A DNA stretch of 64,000 bases, from the NCBI GenBank assembly GCA_028714235.1, contig JAQTMQ010000002.1, forward strand, positions 8,154 through 72,153. The letters run 5' to 3'. Each line of letters opens with the position of its first letter. Positions within the stretch are counted from its first letter, which is position 1. The DNA comes from Candidatus Iainarchaeum sp. GTDB taxonomy: Archaea > Micrarchaeota > Micrarchaeia > Burarchaeales > Fermentimicrarchaeaceae. The notes beneath the pieces are model-generated. The model was not told the DNA's origin, did not search any database, and saw only the letters and a program-made list of their open reading frames with translations. The translations under genes and the position numbers were made by a program. Below, one piece after another: positions 18,587-27,782 of the stretch.

Positions 18587-21397
18587 GTGCCAGAAAACAA
18601 GATGTTCGTGTCAGGCATGCGAATGGCGCCGAGCGGTTCCGCCGGAGGCGCCGCCCCCGCGCCGGCCCCGGCAGCGCCGCAAGGCGGTGGCGGCTCGCTT
18701 TCCGAGCCGCAAGGCGGGGCGAGGTTCCGCTCGATGCGGCAGGAGCGCGTGCGGGCGATGCTCAAGTCCCTCCAGGAGGACACGCGCTTCATTGACGCGG
18801 CGATCGTGGTCCTCGGCTGCCTGTTCCTGCTGCTGAGGTTCTCGTTTTACCCGTGGTGGTTCATCCCGTTCATCCTCGCCGCGGTTGGCGTCGTGTCCTT
18901 CCGCTCGGCGGCCTTCGGCACGATTTTCGCGTGCGTCATCGCGCTTCCCGCGGTCTCCTACCAGTCCCCGCTTTTCGCCTGGCTTTACCTGCTCGTCGTT
19001 TCGCTCGTGCTCTTCAAGGCGTTCGAGACCTGGAAGCTGATATCGCTCCTGTTCGCGCTCATCTGCTGCCCGTTCACCGCCTTCGGGTTCCTGATAATCC
19101 CGCTTCACGTCGTGTCCGGCCTGCTGCTGGGCTCCAAGCGCGGGGCCTTCGTTACCGGCGTGACCGTGTTCTCGGTTCTCCTGCTTTCCGTCATGTGGGG
19201 CGAGCCGAACAGCGGCTTCATGAACTACAACGCCGAGATTTACAAGGCCATCAACACCATGCCCCTCTCCGTGCCCGCGCCGCGCGCCTTCGACTTCATT
19301 TCCGGGAGCGCGTTCGCGCAGGCCGGGGCGAACTTCATCGACTGGGGCGAGGTGAAGAACCTCAACGACCGCATCACCGAGTGCGTGAACATCTCGTACT
19401 ACCTCGTAGTCCGCGACTCGGCGCTCATCCAGATAATCCTGTGGACGATTTCGGTTTTCGCGATAGGCTTCGTTCCCGGCCACGTGAGGTGGAAGAACAA
19501 GGAGACGGTCGCGAGCCTCGCCTCAATCCTCATCCTCGTCGCGATAGCGCTTTCGTCGCTCCTGTCCGGGGTCCGGTTCAGCCCGCTCGCCCCGTTTTCG
19601 GTCGCCCTGTCAATCGCCTTCGTCTGGGTGCTTGAAACGAACGGCATCCAGCTTTCCCGCGAGGTCACGGTGACCAAGATAGACAAGATGCAGAAGTTCT
19701 CCAAGTTCGGCCTGCAGGACCTCAGCCTCTCCGACGGCGCGGAGTCGCTCGGCGACGTCGGCGGCTACGCGAACACGAAAAAGGAGCTTTACGATTCCAT
19801 CGTGATGCCGCTCCAGCGAAAGGAGCTGCAGACCGCCTACGGGCTCAAGCCGCCGAAAGGCCTCCTGCTCTTCGGCCCGCCCGGCACGGGCAAGACCATG
19901 CTCATGCGCGCGCTCGCGAAGGAGATGGACATCGGCTTCTATTACGTGAAATGCTCGGACCTGCTCTCGCAGTGGTACGGGGAAACCGAGCACAACATCG
20001 CCGAGCTGTTCAAGATTGCGCGCGCGAACGCGCCCTGCGTCCTGTTCTTCGACGAGGTGGACTCGGTCGGGAAGCGCCGCGACAAGTACACCGCCGACGA
20101 CGTCGCGCCGCGCCTGCTTTCCGTCATGCTCGCCGAAATGGACGGCTTCAAGTCCAACAAGCCGGTCATCATCGTCGGCGCGACCAACATCCCGCAGGAG
20201 CTCGACCCCGCGCTCCTCCGCCCCGGCCGCTTCGACAAGATAATATACATGCCGCTGCCCGACCTCGCGAGCAGGAAGCAGATTTTCATGGTCCACACCC
20301 GCGGGCTCCCGCTCTCAGAGGACGTGGACTTCGCGGTCCTCGCGAAGAAGACGGAGCGCTTCTCCGGTGCGGACATCGCGAACATCGTGCACGAGGCGGC
20401 GACGCGCGCGTCCAAGCTCGGCATCGCCGCGGACAAGGTCGTCCCCATCACCATGGCCGACTTCCTCGCGGTGATTGAGATGCTGAAGCCGACCGTCTCG
20501 ATTTCCCAGCTTGAGGAGTACGACCGCTTCGGAGTGGATTACGCGCGCAGGACGGAGCCGGAGAAAAAGGAGAAGGACGAGAGGGCGGTGAGCTGGAAGG
20601 ACGTAATCGGGATGGACGACGTGCGCAAGGCGTTCATAGAGGCAATCGAGCTCCCCCTGCTCCACGAGGGGCTGCTCAAGGAGTACGGCGTGGAGCCAAT
20701 CAAGGGCATACTCCTGTTCGGGCCGCCGGGATGCGGGAAAACAATGATAGTGAAGGCGGCGTCGAACGAGCTCGACGTGCTCTTCGTCTCCCTGAGCGGC
20801 GCGGACCTGCTCAAGATGGGCTACGACGGCGCGGTCCGGGAGATAAAGAGCACGTTCGACCGCGCGAAGGAGAACGCGCCGGCCGTGGTTTTCATGGACG
20901 AGGTCGACGCCATGGCGCCGGCGCGCGGCGCGTCGTCGGGCCCGCTCAGCGAAAAGCTGGTCGCGCAGCTCCTGAACGAGATGGACGGCGTGAAGGAGCT
21001 GAGGAACGTCCTGTTCGTCGGGGCCACCAACCGCCCGGAAATGCTGGACCCCGCGCTACTCCGGCCCGGCCGCCTGGACAAGATAATGTTCGTCCACCCG
21101 CCGCTTGCCGAGGACCGCGCCCGCATCTTCGCGCTGAACCTGAAGTCGGTCCCCAAGTCCGGGGACATAGACTTCATGAAGCTCGCGAAGCTGACGGACG
21201 GCTTCACGGGCGCGGACATCGCCTCCGTCTGCCAGGAGTCCAAGATGCGCGCGGTCCGCAAGAAGATTGCGGGCAAGAAGGCGGAAGTCCAGACGTCCGA
21301 CATCCTCGAAGTCCTCGCCGAGCGCAAGCCGAGCGTCACCCCGCAGATGCTTTCAGGCTACATGGCGTTCATGGAGGAGTACGGCGAGAGGAGGTAA
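18587..21397 (+). CDS. membrane-embedded tandem AAA+ ATPase (Cdc48/VCP-like D1-D2 fused to an ~400-aa polytopic N-terminal domain)
   Basis: At least 8 hydrophobic helices lie in residues ~70-380. D1 has GPPGTGKTM, VLFFDEVD and ATNIPQELDPALLRPGRFD. D2 has GPPGCGKTM, VVFMDEVD and ATNRPEMLDPALLRPGRLD. Confidence 0.8.
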   Translation: MPENKMFVSGMRMAPSGSAGGAAPAPAPAAPQGGGGSLSEPQGGARFRSMRQERVRAMLKSLQEDTRFIDAAIVVLGCLFLLLRFSFYPWWFIPFILAAVGVVSFRSAAFGTIFACVIALPAVSYQSPLFAWLYLLVVSLVLFKAFETWKLISLLFALICCPFTAFGFLIIPLHVVSGLLLGSKRGAFVTGVTVFSVLLLSVMWGEPNSGFMNYNAEIYKAINTMPLSVPAPRAFDFISGSAFAQAGANFIDWGEVKNLNDRITECVNISYYLVVRDSALIQIILWTISVFAIGFVPGHVRWKNKETVASLASILILVAIALSSLLSGVRFSPLAPFSVALSIAFVWVLETNGIQLSREVTVTKIDKMQKFSKFGLQDLSLSDGAESLGDVGGYANTKKELYDSIVMPLQRKELQTAYGLKPPKGLLLFGPPGTGKTMLMRALAKEMDIGFYYVKCSDLLSQWYGETEHNIAELFKIARANAPCVLFFDEVDSVGKRRDKYTADDVAPRLLSVMLAEMDGFKSNKPVIIVGATNIPQELDPALLRPGRFDKIIYMPLPDLASRKQIFMVHTRGLPLSEDVDFAVLAKKTERFSGADIANIVHEAATRASKLGIAADKVVPITMADFLAVIEMLKPTVSISQLEEYDRFGVDYARRTEPEKKEKDERAVSWKDVIGMDDVRKAFIEAIELPLLHEGLLKEYGVEPIKGILLFGPPGCGKTMIVKAASNELDVLFVSLSGADLLKMGYDGAVREIKSTFDRAKENAPAVVFMDEVDAMAPARGASSGPLSEKLVAQLLNEMDGVKELRNVLFVGATNRPEMLDPALLRPGRLDKIMFVHPPLAEDRARIFALNLKSVPKSGDIDFMKLAKLTDGFTGADIASVCQESKMRAVRKKIAGKKAEVQTSDILEVLAERKPSVTPQMLSGYMAFMEEYGERR

Positions 21398-21517
21398 GGG
21401 GGAGCGGGGGGAGGGAAGCGGGAAGCCCCGCGTCCGCAAGGGCAGCACGACTTACGCTAACCGCCGCCGCGCCGCGCGCCCCCCTCCTGCCCCGCGCGTT
21501 TCCCTTTCCCGTTTGCC

Positions 21518-21820
21518 TTATTGCGCGAGCAGCGCGATGAGCGTCTTCCTCACGTTCTCGTTCGCCCCCTTCACCGCGCGCACCCTGTCCGCGAGCTGCC
21601 TTTTCCCCATGAAGCCGAGCCAGGGCGCGAAGTGGCCGCCGTTCGCGTGGTAGAGCACGCTGTCCAGCGGCACGGTTTTCAGGAGGGCGGCGAATTCGTT
21701 CACGTTTTTCGCCTTCCCCACCTCCTTGCCGTCGTGCGTGCGGAACACGAACTCCTTTCCCGGCGGGCAGTTCGGTTCCGGCGGCCTGCCCTCAAATTTT
21801 TTCGTTGCCATCGCTTTCAC
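21518..21820 (-). CDS. hypothetical protein, probably co-transcribed with GH57
   Basis: 100-aa ORF starting 10 nt after the GH57 stop. No family recognised. Confidence 0.45.
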   Translation of the reverse strand: MKAMATKKFEGRPPEPNCPPGKEFVFRTHDGKEVGKAKNVNEFAALLKTVPLDSVLYHANGGHFAPWLGFMGKRQLADRVRAVKGANENVRKTLIALLAQ

Positions 21821-21829
21821 CTCTCCGTC

Positions 21830-23023
21830 TCACGCTTCCTCGACTTCCTTCCTGAAGTCCTGGAGGATGTTCATGTAGTTGATGAAGCCCTCGTAGGGCG
21901 ACTGGAACGGCGAGAAATACTTGTGCACGTCGCCGTCCGCCCACGATTTTGTGCAAAGGTAATACAGGTGGTCGCTGTTCTGGAGGAGCCTCCACACGTG
22001 CAGAATCTCCGGGTCGCGCGTCTCGCGCACCTTCAGCTCGAGGCCCTGCAAGGCGTGGAAGCACTCCCTCTGCATGCTGTTCCCCAGCCACGCGCTCACG
22101 TCGCGCTCCATGTCCGCCCAGGAAATCGGGTTCGGCACGTCAATCTCCCCCATCACCGGGTTGTCCTGCACGACTTCGGTGGGCGTCATGAAGCCGAGGT
22201 GCTGGTATTTGAGCACCTCGCGCGGAAGCGCGGCAAGGAAGCTGAATATGCCGGTCTCCTCCCACTGGTGCTCGCCGAAAGTCTCGTAGTCCATGAAGAG
22301 GTTGATGCACTGGCCCGGCGCGCCGGCAAGCCACTTCGCGTATTTTTCGGCGGTGAGCGGCCACTCCGGCCACCAGCGCGCCGAAAACCTGTACGAAACG
22401 TCGTCTGAAAGCTTGTAGTTGCGCAGGAGCGCCTTTATGCGCGCGCATCCCTTGACGCCGTACAGGTAGTCCGGGGAGCGCCACCCGAGCACGCTCTCGT
22501 GCCCCTCGCCCACGATTCCGTCGAAGCCCAGGTCTTCCGCGAGGCGCGCCATGTCGTTTGAGAAGAGCGCCTCCGTGTTCCTGAACACCTTCCCGGACGC
22601 CTTGAAGAGCGAGTGCAGCTCCTGCGAGTGCATGCGGACCTGCTCCACGAACTCGGTCTTGTCCTCAAAGAGGGACGAAAGCGAGTGGTAGTATGTCTCG
22701 TTCAGGAATTCCACGCACCCGGTTTCCGCGAGGGCGTGGAACGAGTCGATGACTTCCGGCCTGAACCTTTTCGCCTGCTCGAGGAACGAGCCGGTGAGCG
22801 AATACGAAATCCTGAACCTGCCCTCGTTCTCCCCGATGAGCTTCAGGAGAAGGGAGTTCGCGGGCAGGTAGCACTTGTCCGTGACCTTCCCGAAAATCGC
22901 CTTGTTCGTCGCGTCGTCGAAATACCGCTCGTAAAGGCTGTCCGGGATGCTGTCCGCGAAAAGCGAGAAGCGCTTCAGCCGCACGGGCTGGTGGACCTGG
23001 AAGTAAAAGCAAACCGCGGTCAT
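21830..23023 (-). CDS. glycoside hydrolase family 57 (alpha-glucan-active enzyme)
   Basis: N-terminal FYFQVHQPVRL (GH57 HQP motif), ~400 aa with Trp/Tyr-rich core. Confidence 0.7.
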   Translation of the reverse strand: MTAVCFYFQVHQPVRLKRFSLFADSIPDSLYERYFDDATNKAIFGKVTDKCYLPANSLLLKLIGENEGRFRISYSLTGSFLEQAKRFRPEVIDSFHALAETGCVEFLNETYYHSLSSLFEDKTEFVEQVRMHSQELHSLFKASGKVFRNTEALFSNDMARLAEDLGFDGIVGEGHESVLGWRSPDYLYGVKGCARIKALLRNYKLSDDVSYRFSARWWPEWPLTAEKYAKWLAGAPGQCINLFMDYETFGEHQWEETGIFSFLAALPREVLKYQHLGFMTPTEVVQDNPVMGEIDVPNPISWADMERDVSAWLGNSMQRECFHALQGLELKVRETRDPEILHVWRLLQNSDHLYYLCTKSWADGDVHKYFSPFQSPYEGFINYMNILQDFRKEVEEA

Positions 23024-23029
23024 AGGGAA

Positions 23030-24172
23030 TCACTTTCTTATCTCGTTGTACACCCCTATCGTCTGGTCCGCGACCTTGTCCCACGTCATGCCCTTCGCGT
23101 CCTCGTACTCGTTGTGCGCGAGCGTGTCCCGCAGGACCTTGTATCGGAGGAGCGCGACGATTCTTTCGGCGAGGCCGTTCACGTCCCAGAAGTCCACCAC
23201 GAGCCGGTGGGGCGAAACCTCGGAGGCGCCGCTTGTCTTCGAAACGATTACGGGCGTGCCGCTCGCCATCGCCTCGAGCGCCGTTATCCCGAACGGCTCG
23301 CTCACCGAGCCCATCACGTACACGTCGCTCTTCGCGTAAACCGACTCCTTCTGCTCGTCTGGAAGGTACCCGATGAACGTCACGTGCGGGCTTATGCCGA
23401 GCGAAACAGAGAGGCTTATGAGGTAGCCCATCATGTCCCCGGTTCCCGCGACGACGAACCGCACGTGCCTCTCCTTCTCCAGCACGCGCTTCGCCGCGTA
23501 AAGGAACTGGGCGGGCGCCTTCTGCTCGGCGAGCCGCCCGAGGAACAGGACGATTTTTTCCTTGCCGTGCTTCACGTCCCAGCTCTGCTTGAATTCGTCG
23601 GTCCTGACCGCGTTGTAGATGACGCGGATTTTTCCCTCGTCAACCCCGAACTTCTCCTTGAGCTGGCCCTTCATGTAGTTCGAGACGGTGATAACGCGGT
23701 CCGCGTTCACCATCGCCTTCTGCTCTATGTCGCGGATGTAGCCGTTCGGGAACATGCCCGACCTGTCGTACTCCGTGGAATGGAACGTCGAGACCATCGG
23801 GAGCCCGAGCGAATACTTCCCCTTCATCGCGGCGAAGGCGGTCATCCAGTCGTGGTGGTGGACGACGCAGTAATCGTTCCCGCGGCCCCGCTTGGCGAGC
23901 TCCTCCGCGCACGCGTTGTTGAACGCGTGGACGCTCGCGAAAAAATCGAGGCCGTACGCGTTCTTCGTCACGTACGCGCCGTACCGCGCGTAGCCCACCG
24001 GGATGATTTTCACCCCGTCGCCTTTGGGCGCCACGTTGGACTCGGTCCGCGGCATGTAGAAGTCCACTTCCACGCCCCTCCTCGCGAGCGCGTGGGTGAG
24101 CTCGTAGCAGTGGACGGCAAGGCCTCCGGTCTTGAAAGGAGGATACTCCCAGCCTACCATCGCGACTTTCAT
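23030..24172 (-). CDS. GT4-family glycosyltransferase (glycogen-synthase-like)
   Basis: MKVAMVGWEYPPFKTGGLAVHCYEL... and a C-terminal EPFGITALEAMASGTPVI motif. Confidence 0.8.
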   Translation of the reverse strand: MKVAMVGWEYPPFKTGGLAVHCYELTHALARRGVEVDFYMPRTESNVAPKGDGVKIIPVGYARYGAYVTKNAYGLDFFASVHAFNNACAEELAKRGRGNDYCVVHHHDWMTAFAAMKGKYSLGLPMVSTFHSTEYDRSGMFPNGYIRDIEQKAMVNADRVITVSNYMKGQLKEKFGVDEGKIRVIYNAVRTDEFKQSWDVKHGKEKIVLFLGRLAEQKAPAQFLYAAKRVLEKERHVRFVVAGTGDMMGYLISLSVSLGISPHVTFIGYLPDEQKESVYAKSDVYVMGSVSEPFGITALEAMASGTPVIVSKTSGASEVSPHRLVVDFWDVNGLAERIVALLRYKVLRDTLAHNEYEDAKGMTWDKVADQTIGVYNEIRK

Positions 24173-24387
24173 CCCACCTACCTACAATTATTAAATTAAT
24201 TAGCACTAGCATTGCCGCAATAAGCATTGCGCCCAGCGCGCGTCCGCGCGCGGGGCAAGAAGCGCTATCATTAACATGCTTTTGCCTTGCGAGCGCTTTT
24301 AAAGCTTCCGTCGCCTTTTCACCGTGCGCGCACTCCCTCAATTAAGCTTTAATCTGGCCGCGGCCGAAACTCTTGCGAGTGGTCCAC

Positions 24388-25332
24388 ATGAAACTTGAAA
24401 ACGAGCGAATCCTTGTGACTGGCGGGGCGGGCTTCATCGGCTCCGAGCTGTGCGCGCGCCTGCTCGCGCGCGGCAACGAGGTCGTCTGCTTCGACAACTT
24501 CTCTTCCGGGAAGGAGGAGTTCATCGCCCCCATGATGAAAAACAAGAAGTTCAAGCTCATCCGCGGCGACATGCTGAAGCCCGCTGAAGTCGCGCGGGCC
24601 CTCGGGGGCTGCCGGGCCGTCATCCACCTCGCCGCGAACCCGGACGTGCGGCTCGGGCAGTCGGACACGCGCGTGCACTTCGAGCAGAACGTGGTCGCGA
24701 CGTTCAACCTCCTCGAGGCGATGAAGGCCGGAGGGCAGGAGCACATCGTCTTCGCGTCCTCCTCGGTCGTCTACGGCGCCGCGAAAGTCATGCCCACGCC
24801 CGAGGGCTACGGCCCGCTGCTCCCGGTTTCGCTTTACGGGGCGAGCAAGCTCGCGTGCGAGGCGATGGTTTCGGCTTACTCCGACAACTTCGGCTTCTCC
24901 GCAACCCTCCTGAGGTACGCGAACGTCATCGGCAGGCACGCGCACGGCGTCACGCGCGATTTCCGCATGAAGCTCGAGAAAGACCCGTCGCGGCTCGAAA
25001 TCCTGGGGGACGGCACGCAGACGAAAAGCTACCTGCACGTCTCGGACTGCGTGGAGGCGACGATTCTCGCCGCGGAGAACACGGAGAAAGTCGAGGCGTT
25101 CAACGTGGGAAGCGAGGACAAGCTGAACGTGAAGGACATCGCGGACATCGTTTCCGGCGAAATGGGCCTCAGGGGCGTGAAATACGAGTTCACGGGCGGG
25201 CAGGCGTGGAAGGGCGACATACGGCTCATGCTGCTCTCAATCGAGAAGATGGGAAAGCTCGGCTGGAAGCCCAGGATGGGCTCGCGCGAGGCAGTGCAGA
25301 AGGCGGTCCGCGAAATGCTTGGAAAAGAGTGA
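24388..25332 (+). CDS. NAD-dependent epimerase/dehydratase (UDP-sugar 4-epimerase-like)
   Basis: It has GGAGFIGSEL and YGASKLACE (YxxxK). An AT-rich divergent promoter region lies at 24173-24230. Confidence 0.85.
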   Translation: MKLENERILVTGGAGFIGSELCARLLARGNEVVCFDNFSSGKEEFIAPMMKNKKFKLIRGDMLKPAEVARALGGCRAVIHLAANPDVRLGQSDTRVHFEQNVVATFNLLEAMKAGGQEHIVFASSSVVYGAAKVMPTPEGYGPLLPVSLYGASKLACEAMVSAYSDNFGFSATLLRYANVIGRHAHGVTRDFRMKLEKDPSRLEILGDGTQTKSYLHVSDCVEATILAAENTEKVEAFNVGSEDKLNVKDIADIVSGEMGLRGVKYEFTGGQAWKGDIRLMLLSIEKMGKLGWKPRMGSREAVQKAVREMLGKE

Positions 25333-25370
25333 GGAATCGCGCGCCCGCCGCGCGGCATCCGGCCGCGAGC

Positions 25371-25817
25371 TCAGCTTGTTTTCGGGAACGGGAGCCTGTC
25401 CACGCCTTTCGGGCTCGCAACCCTCCCAAGGTACCCCTTCAGGTACTCTTTCCTGCGCTCCTCGTCCCCCTTCACCGCGTAGGCCTCGCTCAGGCCGAAA
25501 TAGTTGTGGGGATTGCTCGGGTCAAGCGCGATGGCCTTTTCATACTCCGCGATTGCCTTGCCGACCGCGACTTTCTCGCCTTCCGGGTTCGAGTTCCGGT
25601 TGAGCAGGTGCAAGTCCGCAAGAAAACGGTGCGCGTCCGGGTTTTTCTCGTCCGCCCGAATCGCCTTGAGCAGGTACACCTCCATCTCCTTCAAATCGCC
25701 CTGCATCCCGTGCTTTACCGCTTCCACGACCCGCTCCCGCGCCCTCTCCGGGGACGGGTCCATGACCTGCAAGTAGCCCAAATTGTTCGGCCCCGCCCGC
25801 TTCGTCTTCTCAGCCAC
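25371..25817 (-). CDS. TPR-repeat protein
   Basis: It has three or more TPR-like units (AIAEYEKAIALDPSNPHNYFGLSEAY...). Apparent GTG start. Confidence 0.6.
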   Translation of the reverse strand: MAEKTKRAGPNNLGYLQVMDPSPERARERVVEAVKHGMQGDLKEMEVYLLKAIRADEKNPDAHRFLADLHLLNRNSNPEGEKVAVGKAIAEYEKAIALDPSNPHNYFGLSEAYAVKGDEERRKEYLKGYLGRVASPKGVDRLPFPKTS

Positions 25818-25982
25818 GGTTTCACCCCCGCTTTAACAAGCGGGGTTTCGGAATAAAAAGCCATCTGCGCGGCGCGACCGCAAACGTTATTAACAATTCT
25901 TTCCCAACTCATTCCGCGCCTGAGATGTAGCGGCAACGCAACGCTTTTTTGCGCGTGCTGAATCGGCGCAGGTGAAGATTCG

Positions 25983-26555
25983 ATGGGGGCACATGACAGG
26001 ATACTGGGCACGTTCCGTTCCGAGTACAAGGAGCGCTCGCCGATTTACCGCGCGCGCCTCGCCGAATGGCGCAAGCAGCCCGTGGTCGCGAGGGCCGGGA
26101 GGCCGACGAACATCGCGAGGGCGCGCGAGCTCGGCTACAAGGCAAAGCAGGGCGTAATCGTCGTGCGCGCCCGCGTGGGCAGGGGCAGGAGGAAGCGCCC
26201 AAAGCCCGACTTGGGCAGGAAGCCGACGAAGTCGGGAAGGTTTTTCTCGCCCGCGAAATCGCTTCAGAGGCAGGCGGAAGAGAAGGCGTCCTCCAAGTTC
26301 GTGAACATGGAGGCGATAGGCTCCTACTGGGTGGGCCAGGACGGCGAAAACAAGTTCTTCGAAATCATCCTGATTGACCGCTCCCACCCCGCGATAATGG
26401 GCGACAGGCAGCTGTCCGGGATGGCCGCGCAGCGCGGCAGGGCCTTCCGCGGCCTCACCGCCGCGGGCAAGAAGGGCAGGGGCCTGACGGTCAAGGGAAT
26501 CGGCGCGGAAAAGCTGAGGCCAAGCCTCCGCGCATGGAACAAGAGGGGGAAATAA
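25983..26555 (+). CDS. rpl15e: ribosomal protein eL15
   Basis: It has GYKAKQGVIVVRARVGRGRRKRPKP, SYWVGQDG..FEIILIDRSHPAI and GRAFRGLTAAGKKGRGL. Confidence 0.85.
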   Translation: MGAHDRILGTFRSEYKERSPIYRARLAEWRKQPVVARAGRPTNIARARELGYKAKQGVIVVRARVGRGRRKRPKPDLGRKPTKSGRFFSPAKSLQRQAEEKASSKFVNMEAIGSYWVGQDGENKFFEIILIDRSHPAIMGDRQLSGMAAQRGRAFRGLTAAGKKGRGLTVKGIGAEKLRPSLRAWNKRGK

Positions 26556-27089
26556 TTGCCATTCGCCGACCTCGACGTCCGCTTTCCGGTCAGGCAGGAG
26601 AGGATGCGCGAGCTCGGCTTCCAGAAGTTTTCCGTGCCCTTCGTCGCCGAGCTCGCGAAGCCCGGCGACGCGCGCAGGATTCCGCCCGATGCCGGGCTCG
26701 CGGTCGCCTGCTCGCCCGACGTGGAGCTTTTGCGCGAAGCCGCGAGGTCAAGCCGCGCGCGCCTCCTCTTCAGTCCCGCCTTCCAGCCCGACGTAGGCCT
26801 GATTCGCGAGGCAGCGGAAAAGGGCAAGGCGTTCGAGCTCCCGGTTTCCCCCCTCCTTCAAAGCGCCGGGATACAGCGCGCGATGCTCATGGGAAAAATG
26901 CGTTTCTTCGCCAGGCTGTGCCTGAAGCTTGGCGCGCCAATCGTCATGGTTTCCCAGGCGGGGGACGGCTTCGGGCTCAAGTCGCCGCGCGAAATGGTTG
27001 CCGTGGGCCAGTCGCTCGGCCTTTCTCGCGACCAGGCCGAGTGGTCCATGACCGAGGCGGCGGAGCTGGTGCTGGATGCCTCCCGTTAA
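26556..27089 (+). CDS. rnp3: RNase P protein subunit Rpp30 (Rnp3)-like
   Basis: It starts with TTG right after the eL15 stop. FADLDVRF resembles the Rpp30 start. The conserved rnp3-rnp2 pairing with Pop5 supports the call. Confidence 0.55.
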   Translation: MPFADLDVRFPVRQERMRELGFQKFSVPFVAELAKPGDARRIPPDAGLAVACSPDVELLREAARSSRARLLFSPAFQPDVGLIREAAEKGKAFELPVSPLLQSAGIQRAMLMGKMRFFARLCLKLGAPIVMVSQAGDGFGLKSPREMVAVGQSLGLSRDQAEWSMTEAAELVLDASR

Positions 27090-27399
27090 GCCCACGATGC
27101 GCAGCAAGCGCCGCTACGTGCTGTTCAGCGTGGAATGCGAGTCCCAGGCCGGCGAGCAGCAGGTGAAGCGCGCGGCCTACGACGCAATCCTCTCCTTCCT
27201 CGGCGAATACGGCTCGTCGCTCGCGGGCCCCAGGTTCATCGGCTTCGACCAGAAGCGCGGGCTCGCGGTGATGAGGTGCTCGCACTCGGAACTCGATAAA
27301 GTCGAGGCCGCGCTCGCCCTCCGCGCGGCGATTGGCGGGAAAAAGGCGGCCTTCCGCCTGAAAAAAGTGTCTGGAACGATTGCGGGACTGTCGCGATAG
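27076..27399 (+). CDS. rnp2: RNase P protein subunit Pop5 (Rnp2)
   Basis: KRRYVLFSVECE and the overall ~107-aa architecture match archaeal Pop5. It overlaps the rnp3 end by 14 nt. Confidence 0.7.
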   Translation: MPPVKPTMRSKRRYVLFSVECESQAGEQQVKRAAYDAILSFLGEYGSSLAGPRFIGFDQKRGLAVMRCSHSELDKVEAALALRAAIGGKKAAFRLKKVSGTIAGLSR

Positions 27400-27401
27400 C
27401 G

Positions 27402-27743
27402 CTACCTTAAAATCCCACCCAGTTGCCTATTCTTTTTCTTTAGTTCTTTGGTAGTCCTTTCCAAGTCCTTCAGATCATCCAGCGTACGCCTCTCCCACCA
27501 AGGTATTGGTTCTTCCCTACTTTCCTTAAACTCCTTCCATTTCCTCGCGAGCTTCTCCCCAAGCGGCTCTTCGTAATACCCACTTTTTATCTGATCCTCG
27601 ATGGAAAACCCATGCTTCTCGAGTTGCTCCGCGACACGCCTTTTCTCCGCGTTAGTGTATCTGGGGCGGTCCAGGAACTCGTCCACGCGATCCTCGAGGC
27701 CTTCTTTCACTCCTCTCATTTTTTCCACGATTTTGGTTGCCAT
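27402..27743 (-). CDS. small highly charged helical protein encoded by a markedly lower-GC gene
   Basis: 113 aa with a Lys/Glu-rich C-terminus. The gene is roughly 50% GC versus ~65% for the window, with AT-rich codons. Confidence 0.5.
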   Translation of the reverse strand: MATKIVEKMRGVKEGLEDRVDEFLDRPRYTNAEKRRVAEQLEKHGFSIEDQIKSGYYEEPLGEKLARKWKEFKESREEPIPWWERRTLDDLKDLERTTKELKKKNRQLGGILR

Positions 27744-27782
27744 CGCAATCCACCCCGTGCACGCCGCACATCCGCGTTCCCT

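Noticed and set aside
22613-24199. 528-aa plus-strand ORF
   Set aside because: Antisense to the GH57 and GT4 genes.
25826-25845. Hairpin CCCCGCTT-TAAC-AAGCGGGG as a terminator
   Set aside because: It sits between divergently transcribed genes (upstream of both), so it is not in terminator position. It could be regulatory, but the evidence is weak.
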